DNA of 64,000 nucleotides. Origin: Turneriella sp. (GTDB lineage Bacteria > Spirochaetota > Leptospiria > Turneriellales > Turneriellaceae). Where the stretch lies: positions 4,192,001 to 4,256,000 of the forward strand of contig CBDIID010000003.1 of NCBI GenBank assembly GCA_965279515.1, read 5' to 3'. The position numbers and the translations under genes are program-made. Positions 9,269 to 18,122 of the stretch are shown here, piece after piece. Every line of letters starts with the position of its first letter. The first letter of the stretch is position 1. The notes under the pieces are model-generated. The model was not told the DNA's origin. It did not search any database and saw only the letters and a program-made list of their open reading frames with translations.

Positions 9269-10658
9269 TGCCGCCGACGGCAGTCGCTGACGCGCCTAAC
9301 GTAGCTGCAAGTTCTTTATAACTGAGCTTCTTCCCCTTTTTGACAATCCCTTCGTCGTCGAAATAACGGAAGAGAAAGTCACGGCTGAATACTGTGAGGT
9401 ATGAGGAAACCAGCGATTCCCAGGGGCTGCGCTCGGTTTTGCCTTCGACCATAGCGTCAATCACGCGGTCGATTTCGCCCAGCAGGGTTTCTGCCTTTTC
9501 ATTCTGACCTTCGAAGCGCAGTATCTCTTCGTGGATATAGCGCTTGAATGCCTGGATATATGTTTCTGTGTTTTTGTTTTTTTTCTGATGATTCTTCTCT
9601 GCGTCGCTGATCAGCTGGCGCATCAGAAGATTAGCATGCTCGCGTTCGCCCAGGGCTTTTTTCAGGTTTTCAATCTGCGGCGCCGTCAGTTCTGATTTTT
9701 CAATCTTGCGCTCTGTTGCGAATTCGTCGAGTTTCTGGTCGACGAAACTTTCTGACAGAAAAAACTGCGCGCTGCCTTCGAGGGTCTTCAGCGCCTTGTC
9801 GGTTTCGGCCCGCACCTGCGCTACGTCGAAGCGCCGTTCGAGATCGGCGCGCACTTTCGTCTTGAATTCGGCGACATTGGCATTGCCTTTGAAGTTTTCT
9901 GCGACGAATGCATCTGTCAGTTCGGGCAATTTCGGTTTGGAGACCTTTTTGATGGTCGCAATAATTTCATAGCTGCGCGTCTTGCCGTCTTCCTGCGCCT
10001 GCATATCTTTTTTGAGTTTGAACTCTTCGCCGGCTTTGCCCTTTTTGTCGATGATCTGCTGTTCGAGCTCGCGGCTCAGGGTGCCGGAACCCAGGTCGAA
10101 AACAAAATCTTTATTGACTTCGCCCGATGGGGCATCGTCGATCCAGATTTCGAAATCGACGGTGAGTTTATCGCTACGCTCGGCCTGTGCCCCTTCACTG
10201 TCTTCGAAGGTGGCAAAACGCAGCAGGCGTTCTTTGATTTCTGCTTCGACATCGCCGTCGTCGATCGCGGGAATATTGCGCGTCAGCTGTGCAACTTTGA
10301 GTTTACCGATTTTTACAAACGGAAACAGGTCGAGTTTTACGGCGAAAGACATCTTATCGCCTTTCTCCTGGACGTCTTCGATACGTACGAGGCGGAACAC
10401 GCGCTCTTCAATTTTCTTTTCGACGTCGCTGAGATGGTGGTCGACGAGCGCAAACAGTGTTTCGAGGCGGATATCCGAGGCATATTTCTGGCGGATCATA
10501 TGCACGGGAGCTTTGCCCTTGCGGAAACCTTTGATTTCGACCTGCGCGCCGACTTTTTTCAGCGCCTGTTCTTCGGCGGGTTTTAATTCTTCGGAATTTA
10601 CGGTGATGTCTGCCTTGACCCGGGTTTCGGACTCACGGCTGATGGAAATGGATGGCAT
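9261..10658 (-). CDS. tig: Trigger factor
   Basis: IKGFRKGKAP ribosome-binding signature, FKBP-like segment and PELTDAF. Confidence 0.9.
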   Translation of the reverse strand: MPSISISRESETRVKADITVNSEELKPAEEQALKKVGAQVEIKGFRKGKAPVHMIRQKYASDIRLETLFALVDHHLSDVEKKIEERVFRLVRIEDVQEKGDKMSFAVKLDLFPFVKIGKLKVAQLTRNIPAIDDGDVEAEIKERLLRFATFEDSEGAQAERSDKLTVDFEIWIDDAPSGEVNKDFVFDLGSGTLSRELEQQIIDKKGKAGEEFKLKKDMQAQEDGKTRSYEIIATIKKVSKPKLPELTDAFVAENFKGNANVAEFKTKVRADLERRFDVAQVRAETDKALKTLEGSAQFFLSESFVDQKLDEFATERKIEKSELTAPQIENLKKALGEREHANLLMRQLISDAEKNHQKKNKNTETYIQAFKRYIHEEILRFEGQNEKAETLLGEIDRVIDAMVEGKTERSPWESLVSSYLTVFSRDFLFRYFDDEGIVKKGKKLSYKELAATLGASATAVGGNE

Positions 10659-10758
10659 TCCGGCAAAAACGGGATTTTAGACACCCCGTCAACGAGTGCG
10701 AAGCCTGCGCGAACCGGCTTTTCATTGACATTGGAATGGGAGCTTTACCTGTAACGGG

Positions 10759-11706
10759 ATGTTCCTGCTGAAACATCTGTTGCTCTTTGCCATCCTCGCA
10801 AACACAGGTTTTGCCGCCGAAAAAGTCGTCCGCGTGGTCTATCTTGTCTCCGCCGACCGTGAGACCGATGCGGCTTATGCCGCCGGCGCTGAAAATGCCA
10901 TCCGCAGCATCCGTGAGTGGTATAAAAAGCAGATGGGCGGTTACACTTTCAACCTGCATGATCCGGTGGTCGAGGTGGTGAAATCGGGTAAACCGGCCGC
11001 GTATTTTTATACGAACCCCCGGCCTTCGCACAAGGATAACTGGGGATTCGACAACACGCTCGAAGAGGCGAATCGCCTCCTGGGAGTCAGGCATAACGAT
11101 CCCAATACTGTCTGGGTGATCTATTCCGATGGCCCGGGCAATTCGGGCCGCGGCGGCGGGGGGGTCTGTATTATGCCCGAAGACGATCTTCTGGGCCTCA
11201 CAGGCCGGCATCCGACGCAGAAAGATATCAACCGCTGGATCGCAGGCCTGGGACATGAGCTCGGCCATGCGCTGGGTCTGCCGCATCCGAAAGATATGAA
11301 AAAGCATGCGGATGCCATCATGGCGAGCGGCATCTACGGCAAATATCCCGACCAAACGTATCTCACCGAAGAAGACAAGGCGCTCTTGCGGCAGAGTCCG
11401 TTCTTTTTCGACGCGGCGGGAAATCCCGTTGCGGGAAAAAACCAGACGCTTGCTGTTTTTAGTTATGGAACCGGCCGCTTCACGCGCAGCCAGAATTCCC
11501 TGACGCACAAAATCGCCTGGCAAGAGATCAACCCCGAAGGCGAGAGTTTTCGTTTTGACGAAGAAAAAGCCGACGCGCAGTTCTATTACCTGCGCGCCGT
11601 CGACCGCAAGATCTGGATTAAGATCCCGCTGGCGGGCGGGCCGGGTTCTCTTTCCGTTGACGGCAGGGTTTGGCGCGCCTTCCAGAATATGACCGTGCAG
11701 AAATAG
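10759..11706 (+). CDS. Secreted metzincin-type zinc metalloprotease with a C-terminal beta-rich domain
   Basis: Signal peptide; HELGHALGLPH (HExxHxxGxxH) followed by the AIM Met-turn. Confidence 0.85.
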   Translation: MFLLKHLLLFAILANTGFAAEKVVRVVYLVSADRETDAAYAAGAENAIRSIREWYKKQMGGYTFNLHDPVVEVVKSGKPAAYFYTNPRPSHKDNWGFDNTLEEANRLLGVRHNDPNTVWVIYSDGPGNSGRGGGGVCIMPEDDLLGLTGRHPTQKDINRWIAGLGHELGHALGLPHPKDMKKHADAIMASGIYGKYPDQTYLTEEDKALLRQSPFFFDAAGNPVAGKNQTLAVFSYGTGRFTRSQNSLTHKIAWQEINPEGESFRFDEEKADAQFYYLRAVDRKIWIKIPLAGGPGSLSVDGRVWRAFQNMTVQK

Positions 11707-11707
11707 C

Positions 11708-12280
11708 ATGCGGGTTTTGCGGCGCATCCTCACCGCTCCGCTCGTCTTCATTGCCGCGGTTATTATCCTGCTCGAAGACTGGCTGTGGGATGACCTGCAG
11801 CGCCTCGCCGCATGGTTTGGCCGCCTGCCGGTTTTCAGGCAACTTGAGGCGCTGATTGTGCGTCTGCCGCCGGCGGCGGCGTTGGGTTTTTTTATCCTGC
11901 CTTCGCTGGTGCTGATTCCCGTTAAGTTTTTGGCGCTCTATTTCATCTCGCGCGGCCAGGCGCTGCTGGGACTCGCGACTATTGTCGCCGCAAAGATTGC
12001 CGGTACGGCGCTTGTCGCGCGGCTTTTCAAGCTCACCAAGCCGAAATTACTCACTTTTGGCTGGTTTGCCTGGGCGTACGGACATATCACAGAATTCAAA
12101 AGGCGGATCTATAACGTTATTCAATCCTCGGCTATTTATAAGCTGGTGCGTGATCGTGCGCACCGGTTACGCCTTTGGGTCAAGAGATGGAATGCAAGGC
12201 GAAAAAGCTGGTTCAGGCGCCGTTTCCGCGCCGCGAGAAAACTCATGCGACAACGGCGGGAGAAGTCGCGTTTAAAGTGA
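11708..12280 (+). CDS. Hypothetical membrane protein
   Basis: 190 aa with hydrophobic helices and an Arg-rich tail; starts 1 nt after the upstream stop. Confidence 0.75.
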   Translation: MRVLRRILTAPLVFIAAVIILLEDWLWDDLQRLAAWFGRLPVFRQLEALIVRLPPAAALGFFILPSLVLIPVKFLALYFISRGQALLGLATIVAAKIAGTALVARLFKLTKPKLLTFGWFAWAYGHITEFKRRIYNVIQSSAIYKLVRDRAHRLRLWVKRWNARRKSWFRRRFRAARKLMRQRREKSRLK

Positions 12281-12354
12281 CACGGCCCTCCATTCCCTTA
12301 CCATAAAAACAAAAGTTCCGCTTTACTGGATATATTTGTCTTTTATTTTGTGGT

Positions 12355-12813
12355 ATGACAGCCTCGAATGGCCTGGAACGGGAAATCAATGCCACGGTGG
12401 AGAAATTTGCGGCGGAACCCGACAATCTTATTCTTATCCTCCATGCAATCCAGAACGCCCACGGCTACGTGCCGCGGGAGTCGGCGCTTTTGCTTTCCGA
12501 ACGCCTGGCAATTCCGCTCGCGCGCATCTATGAAGTGCTGACGTTCTATCATTATTTCCGCACTGCGCCGCCGGGCGAACATACGATCGTGGTTTGCCAT
12601 GGTACGAGCTGCTGGCTTGCCGGTTCAAGCAAAGTGCTCGATGAGGCGCAACAATATGCTCAGGCGCATCCCGAAACGAAAGTTGAACAGGTTCGCTGTG
12701 TCGGCTGTTGTGGCCTGGCACCGCTGGCGTTTGCGGACAAGAAAATTCACACTCACCTCGATGATAAAAAAACCAGCGCGATGCTGAAGCAAATGATCAG
12801 GGCGGATGTATGA
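12355..12813 (+). CDS. NuoE-like [2Fe-2S] subunit of a multimeric [FeFe]-hydrogenase (HydC/HndA-like)
   Basis: LILILHAIQNAHGYVP, IYEVLTFY, VCHGTSC...RCVGCCGLAP; ATGA overlap with the next gene. Confidence 0.9.
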   Translation: MTASNGLEREINATVEKFAAEPDNLILILHAIQNAHGYVPRESALLLSERLAIPLARIYEVLTFYHYFRTAPPGEHTIVVCHGTSCWLAGSSKVLDEAQQYAQAHPETKVEQVRCVGCCGLAPLAFADKKIHTHLDDKKTSAMLKQMIRADV

Positions 12814-14642
12814 CGATACCCGCCGGCGAAATCCGCGTCGCCATGGATTCGGGTGGTATCGCCGCCGGCGCCGCTGCCGTGTTCGCTGAGCTTACAGAAC
12901 TTGCAAAAGATTACCCACAACTCAAGGTTGTGTCCGTGGGCACCCCCGGTATGTGTTACGCCGATCCGCAGGCGGAGATTGTCCTCGCCGGGCGGCCGCG
13001 CATTAGTTTTGGTAATCTTAAAGCCGATGCGGTTAAACAAATTTTCACAGAGTTTGTCCTCGCGGGAAAATTTCCGGAAAAGAAAAAATCCCCCGGCTGT
13101 GCGTTACTGGCGGGAAGAAATCCCGGTACAGAGCTGCCGGAAAAAATAACGCACCTCATTTTCTGCGACACCACGCAGAGAGAGGCTGAGTCTTTGCTGA
13201 CTGCTTTCACCGCGGTCCCGGGTGCCGCGCTGGAAATTGCCAGGGCGGATGATTTTGGTTTTTATAACCGCGGTCTGGCCGTGCAGGTTTTTCCCGGTGG
13301 CTTGGTCATTGCCGATCTCAAGCGTGACGAACTGGCGCCGGCCGTTGCGGAACTATTGGTGCAGAAAATTCCCCGACGGGGTTCTGTGATTAAAGATCCG
13401 GCGCAACTTAGAATCGCCAGCCGTAATTGCGGCGTCATTGATCCCGAAAGTATCGCTGCGTATGAAGCGGCGGGTGGTTATACAGCATTGCGGCGCGCGC
13501 TCGAACACAAACCCACGGACATCGTTGCTGAAATTTCTGAGAGTGGCCTCAGGGGGCGTGGCGGCGCGGGTTATCCGACGGGCAAAAAATGGCAGCTGAC
13601 GGCCGCAGAAGACGGCGCGCAAAAATATGTCATCTGTAACGGTGACGAGGGCGACCCCGGTGCATTCATGGACCGCAGCCTGCTCGAAAGCGATCCGCAT
13701 AAGGTGCTCGAAGGCCTGATTCTTGCCGGGTTTGCTGTGGGGGCAAGCGTCGGTTATTTTTATATCCGTGCCGAATATCCGCTGGCGACGGCGCGCGTGC
13801 GCAAAGCAATTGAGGCGGCCGAAGCCGAAGGTTATCTCGGCGAGAAAATTCTTGGCAGTATTTTTTCTTTTGAAGTGCGCGTGCGCCTGGGTGCCGGCGC
13901 CTATGTCTGCGGCGAAGAGACTGCGCTCATCGCCTCGGTTGAAGGTAAGCGCGGCAGCCCCCACCCGCGGCCGCCTTATCCCTCTGTGAAAGGGCTCCAT
14001 GATGCACCGACCTGTATCAACAACGTCGAGACGCTGGCGAGTGTGCCCGAAATAATTGTGCGCGGGGGTGCCTGGTATGCGGCGATCGGTGAGGGAAAAT
14101 CCACAGGTACAAAAGTTTTTGCGGTCTCGGGAAAAATCCGCCGTACGCAACTGGTCGAGGTGCCGATGGGCCTGACGGTGCGCCATGTTGTCGACGACCT
14201 CTGCGGCGGCGTTCAACCCGGCAAAAAACTCAAAGCGGTACAAACCGGAGGGCCGTCGGGGGGGCTCGTTCCCGCGAATCTGCTCGAGACACACTTGACC
14301 TACGAAAACATGGCGGCGCTAGGCTCGATCATCGGTTCCGGCGGCATGATTGTGCTGGACGAAGACGTGAATATGGTTGAGCTCATGCGTTTTTACCTCG
14401 GCTTCAACGTCGATGAATCTTGCGGTAAGTGCGCACCCTGTCGTGTCGGCGGATTTCAACTGGCGCGGCTATACGATAAGCTTCTTGCGGGTGAGGGACA
14501 TCAGAGCGATTTGGCACAAATTGAGCGTATCGCTCATGCCATGCAGAGTGCGTCCCTGTGCGGGCTGGGAAAATCCGCGCCATCGCCGCTATTTGCAACC
14601 TTGAAATACTTTCGCGGGGAGTATCAAGCATGCCTGAAATAA
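12810..14642 (+). CDS. NuoF-like NADH/FMN-binding diaphorase subunit (HydB/HndC-like) lacking the C-terminal ferredoxin domain
   Basis: SGLRGRGGAGYPTGKKW, CNGDEGDPGAFMDR, GAGAYVCGEETAL, NNVET, TGGPSGG and ESCGKCAPCR...SLCGLG; protein ends about 20 aa later. Confidence 0.92.
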   Translation: MTIPAGEIRVAMDSGGIAAGAAAVFAELTELAKDYPQLKVVSVGTPGMCYADPQAEIVLAGRPRISFGNLKADAVKQIFTEFVLAGKFPEKKKSPGCALLAGRNPGTELPEKITHLIFCDTTQREAESLLTAFTAVPGAALEIARADDFGFYNRGLAVQVFPGGLVIADLKRDELAPAVAELLVQKIPRRGSVIKDPAQLRIASRNCGVIDPESIAAYEAAGGYTALRRALEHKPTDIVAEISESGLRGRGGAGYPTGKKWQLTAAEDGAQKYVICNGDEGDPGAFMDRSLLESDPHKVLEGLILAGFAVGASVGYFYIRAEYPLATARVRKAIEAAEAEGYLGEKILGSIFSFEVRVRLGAGAYVCGEETALIASVEGKRGSPHPRPPYPSVKGLHDAPTCINNVETLASVPEIIVRGGAWYAAIGEGKSTGTKVFAVSGKIRRTQLVEVPMGLTVRHVVDDLCGGVQPGKKLKAVQTGGPSGGLVPANLLETHLTYENMAALGSIIGSGGMIVLDEDVNMVELMRFYLGFNVDESCGKCAPCRVGGFQLARLYDKLLAGEGHQSDLAQIERIAHAMQSASLCGLGKSAPSPLFATLKYFRGEYQACLK

Positions 14643-16381
14643 AAGCAGAAGTCAACGGCATTGCCGTTACCGTCAAAGCCGGCGGCACGCTGCTCGATGC
14701 GGCCCGGGCCGCGCAGGTGAATATCCCGACCTTGTGCAAACATCCCGATCTTGTCGCCAACGGTGCGTGCGGCCTGTGCCTTGTGCGCGTCGAAGGCATG
14801 AACGGTCTGCCGCGCGCGTGTACCACGCCGGCTGAAGAGGGCATGCGGATTACGACGCATGACGGTGAAATTACCGAAATCCGCAAAACCGTCCTCGAAC
14901 TGATTCTTTCTACACACCCCAATGCCTGCCTGAGCTGCGGCCGCAACCAGAGCTGCGAGTTGCAGACGCTCGCCGCCGATTTCGGCATCCGCGAAGACGT
15001 GTGGGAACATTATCTGCCTGGCTTACCGAAGGACACTTCGACGGGATCTCTGGTCATCGACTTTGACAAGTGTATTCGCTGCGGCCGCTGCGTGCATGTC
15101 TGCCAGGATCTGCAGAATGTGCACGCGCTGTCGTTTCTGGGTCGCGGCATGCAGACGCGCATGGCGCCGGCCGGCGACATCCTGCTTGCCGAGTCGCCCT
15201 GCGTGATGTGCGGGCAATGCTCGGCGCATTGCCCGACGGGAGCCATTGTCGAGGCTGACGAGACGACGCTTGCCTGGGATTTTTTGCGCGGTAAGGAAAA
15301 TTTTACGGTCGCGCAGATTGCGCCATCAGTGCGCGTCGCGATCGGTGAAGAGTTTGGCTACGAACCCGGTACAAACCTCACGGGGCAGCTCTATGCGGCG
15401 CTGCGCCGGTTGGGTTTTGATGCCGTCTTCGATACCAATTTCTCCGCCGATGTCACGATCATGGAAGAAGCCAATGAATTTGTCGAGCGCTTCAAACACG
15501 GCAAGCGAGACATGCCGCTTATTACCTCATGTTGCCCTTCGTGGACTGATTACATGGAAAAGCTGCACAGCGATTTTATCCCGAATTTTTCAACGACCAA
15601 ATCGCCGCAGCAGATCATGGGGGTGCTGGCCAAGACCTACTATGCGCAGAAGATGAATATCGACCCTGCGCGCATGAAAATGGTATCGATCATGCCGTGC
15701 ACGGCAAAGAAATACGAAATCACCCGCGATCACGAGATGTTTGCGTCAGGCCACAAGGATGTCGATGTAGTGCTCACCACGCGCGAGCTGGCGCGCATGA
15801 TCCGCCAGGCGGGCATTGATTTCCGCAAGCTTGCCCCGGAAGAGGCGGATAATTTTCTGGGCGCGTACTCGGGTGCCGGCACCATGTTTGGTACAACGGG
15901 TGGCGTCATGGAAGCTGCGCTGCGCACCGCGCAGTTTGTCCTTTCCGGAGAAAAAATGCCGAAGCTGGTTTTTGAAGAACTGCGTGGCCTTGAGGGAATT
16001 AAAGAAACAAAAGTTGTTATTGGCGGTGAAGAAATCCGCATTGCCGTGGCACACGGGTTAGGCCATGTCGGCGAAGTATTGGACCGGGTGCGTAAGGCAA
16101 AGGCAGAAGGTAAGCCCATGCCCTACCATTTTATCGAAGTCATGGCGTGTCCCGGCGGCTGTATTGGCGGGGGCGGCCAGCCCTATGGCGTCACGGACGA
16201 AATCCGCAAAAAACGCATGCAGGGGCTCTTTAGCGAGGACCGCGACAAGGCGGTGCGTTGTTCACACGATAATCCCGAGGTGCAACAGGTCTACGCTGAG
16301 TTTCTTGAAAAGCCGCTGTCGGAAAAAGCGCACAAGCTTCTGCACACGACCTACCACGCGCGGCCCGTATATCAAAAGTGA
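14630..16381 (+). CDS. hydA: [FeFe]-hydrogenase catalytic subunit, group A
   Basis: H-cluster motifs TSCCPSW, MPCTAKKYE and EVMACPGGCIGGGGQP; N-terminal [2Fe-2S], His-ligated [4Fe-4S] (HPNACLSC) and two [4Fe-4S] motifs. ATG at 14630 overlaps the hydB stop. Confidence 0.96.
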   Translation: MPEIKAEVNGIAVTVKAGGTLLDAARAAQVNIPTLCKHPDLVANGACGLCLVRVEGMNGLPRACTTPAEEGMRITTHDGEITEIRKTVLELILSTHPNACLSCGRNQSCELQTLAADFGIREDVWEHYLPGLPKDTSTGSLVIDFDKCIRCGRCVHVCQDLQNVHALSFLGRGMQTRMAPAGDILLAESPCVMCGQCSAHCPTGAIVEADETTLAWDFLRGKENFTVAQIAPSVRVAIGEEFGYEPGTNLTGQLYAALRRLGFDAVFDTNFSADVTIMEEANEFVERFKHGKRDMPLITSCCPSWTDYMEKLHSDFIPNFSTTKSPQQIMGVLAKTYYAQKMNIDPARMKMVSIMPCTAKKYEITRDHEMFASGHKDVDVVLTTRELARMIRQAGIDFRKLAPEEADNFLGAYSGAGTMFGTTGGVMEAALRTAQFVLSGEKMPKLVFEELRGLEGIKETKVVIGGEEIRIAVAHGLGHVGEVLDRVRKAKAEGKPMPYHFIEVMACPGGCIGGGGQPYGVTDEIRKKRMQGLFSEDRDKAVRCSHDNPEVQQVYAEFLEKPLSEKAHKLLHTTYHARPVYQK

Positions 16382-17196
16382 AGCTAACGATTGCCGCACC
16401 GCGCTCACTTGCGGCAGCGCCGCTTCTGTTATTGTCACAGGAAAAACCTGGACTCTGTTCGGTTTCCTTCTTTACTGATCACGATGAGGCGCTTGCCGAA
16501 CTTGCAGCCGGAGAAATAGATATTCTCTGCAGCGGTTATAGCGAGTGCGATCGCGTTACGACTGCGCTTAAACCCCGGCGTGCGCTGACATTTGTGTGGG
16601 GATTGTCGGCGCTTATGGTGCGCGACGCGGGGACTAAAAATTTAGACGACCTGTCGCAGGCACTTACTGCTGTCGCGGGCGCAGCGCTACTTTTGCCCTT
16701 TGCCGGCAGCCCGCTCGATCTTCAGGTCAGGGCATTGCTCGGCCGCCTGTTTCGTGGACAAAATCTTCCACTGACAAACGCCCCGCTGCCGCAAACCATG
16801 CAGGGTTTTATGCACGAACAGGTCTTCGCAGCAGTTATGCCCGAGCCCATGGCGACGCTGCTTGAAAGCAGTGGCAAAGCGCACAGGCTGTGCGATGTTG
16901 CAGACCTGCATGAGCGGGTGACAGGCGGGCGCTGCTCGCCGCAAGTCTCATTATTTCTCCGCGAAGACAAGCGACTCTCAGAAGAGTTTCTTTCTGCCTT
17001 TGAGCAGGCGATCCAGCTTATGCCCGCATTGAATCCGGGCCAGTGCGCGCAAATTGCCGGTAAGCTGGATATTCCTTTGGCTGTATTTGCGCATGCGCTA
17101 CCGCATGTGCTCTTTGGCTTACCGGCCGAAAAAGAGGTGCACCGGCGCGAAACTATTTACGCCGAATTACTTTTAACCGGCCATACCTCTACATGA
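16378..17196 (+). CDS. Possible type-2 periplasmic-binding-fold protein (NitT/TauT-like) without an obvious signal peptide
   Basis: LAAGEIDI, LLLPFAGSPLDL and AAVMPEPMAT resemble SsuA/NMT1-type binding proteins; GTGA overlap with the hydA stop. Confidence 0.55.
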   Translation: MKLTIAAPRSLAAAPLLLLSQEKPGLCSVSFFTDHDEALAELAAGEIDILCSGYSECDRVTTALKPRRALTFVWGLSALMVRDAGTKNLDDLSQALTAVAGAALLLPFAGSPLDLQVRALLGRLFRGQNLPLTNAPLPQTMQGFMHEQVFAAVMPEPMATLLESSGKAHRLCDVADLHERVTGGRCSPQVSLFLREDKRLSEEFLSAFEQAIQLMPALNPGQCAQIAGKLDIPLAVFAHALPHVLFGLPAEKEVHRRETIYAELLLTGHTST

Positions 17197-17497
17197 GCTC
17201 ATAAAGCCAGTGTTCGAGCCGGAATTTCACTTTGCTGAAATCCGGGGTTTCACGAAAAACCAGCCTGACTTCGGGATTACTTTGGTGCGCGCCGGGTACG
17301 AGCGCGACCTCGCTCGTATGGTCCTCTTCCATGAGAATGCGTAAATGCTTGTCCCAACCCGTTCTTTCCATCCAATCTTCAATCGCTTCGGAAAGAGCTG
17401 TCGCAGCGGACGGGTCGTTGCCGCGGATGCGGATGACGCCCACAAGGTTTGTAAGGTTTAAGTCGGTCTGAGCCGTTTGCAGGGTGGTTGCTTCCAT
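17189..17497 (-). CDS. Hypothetical protein
   Basis: 102 aa ATG-started ORF filling the gap, convergent on the hydrogenase operon. Confidence 0.6.
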   Translation of the reverse strand: MEATTLQTAQTDLNLTNLVGVIRIRGNDPSAATALSEAIEDWMERTGWDKHLRILMEEDHTSEVALVPGAHQSNPEVRLVFRETPDFSKVKFRLEHWLYELM

Positions 17498-17602
17498 AAT
17501 AACATAGATGACGCAAAGCTGTGAATTTTGTTTTATTTTTTTTACACAAATTTCCGGAATCGGGCTTTACGGCCTAAAAAGCCCCGGGGTGCCGTAACGC
17601 CC

Positions 17603-18121
17603 ATGCTGATGACTGCCGAAGAAGAAGCGCGAGCGCCTGTAAAGCATGACGATCGTCTGTTTGCGGATGGCCTGCCCGCGCTGGTTTCTGCCGTCGTACA
17701 GCGTACCTGGGCCGAACCCTTTATGCTCGCGCGCCGTATTTTCGGCGACCGGGTAGAGGCTGCCCTTGAGGGTGGCGCGCGCTTTGCCGGCAAGTTAGCA
17801 GGACGACTGTCGAAGCCCGCATTCGCCGCGCTGAAAAATCCCGGCGAGCACGTGCTCGAAGACACGCTCAAGGCGACGCGCCTTGCTGAAAACTTTACCG
17901 GCATCTATGGTCAGGACTATTATCTCAATGAAAAAAAGATCGTGCGCCGTATTCATACCTGCCCGTTCCGCGAAAGGGCGGGGGCCAGGGTGCTCTGCCA
18001 TATCGGCGAAGCTGCCGGGCAGGAACTCTTTGCAGAGCTTGTACCCGGAATCCGCCATAAAGTCCATGTGACGATGGCGCGCGGCCACCAGTTTTGCGAA
18101 TATAGCTACGAGACGGACTAA
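17603..18121 (+). CDS. V4R/ATC-hydrolase/MetOD1-like small ligand-binding protein
   Basis: RIHTCPF...LCH...TMARGHQFCEY Cys pattern typical of this superfamily. ATG 17603 preferred. Confidence 0.65.
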   Translation: MLMTAEEEARAPVKHDDRLFADGLPALVSAVVQRTWAEPFMLARRIFGDRVEAALEGGARFAGKLAGRLSKPAFAALKNPGEHVLEDTLKATRLAENFTGIYGQDYYLNEKKIVRRIHTCPFRERAGARVLCHIGEAAGQELFAELVPGIRHKVHVTMARGHQFCEYSYETD

Positions 18122-18122
18122 A

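Noticed and set aside
13353..14294. Long antisense ORFs (also 10633-11751, 9982-10680, 38613-39371, 59117-59941, 59503-60471)
   Set aside because: They lie opposite well-supported genes and have no motifs; expected shadow frames in GC-rich coding DNA.
12355..16381. Reading the nuoE/nuoF/nuoG-like genes as respiratory complex I or formate dehydrogenase
   Set aside because: The third gene has all three H-cluster motifs and no molybdopterin domain, and no membrane nuo genes are adjacent.
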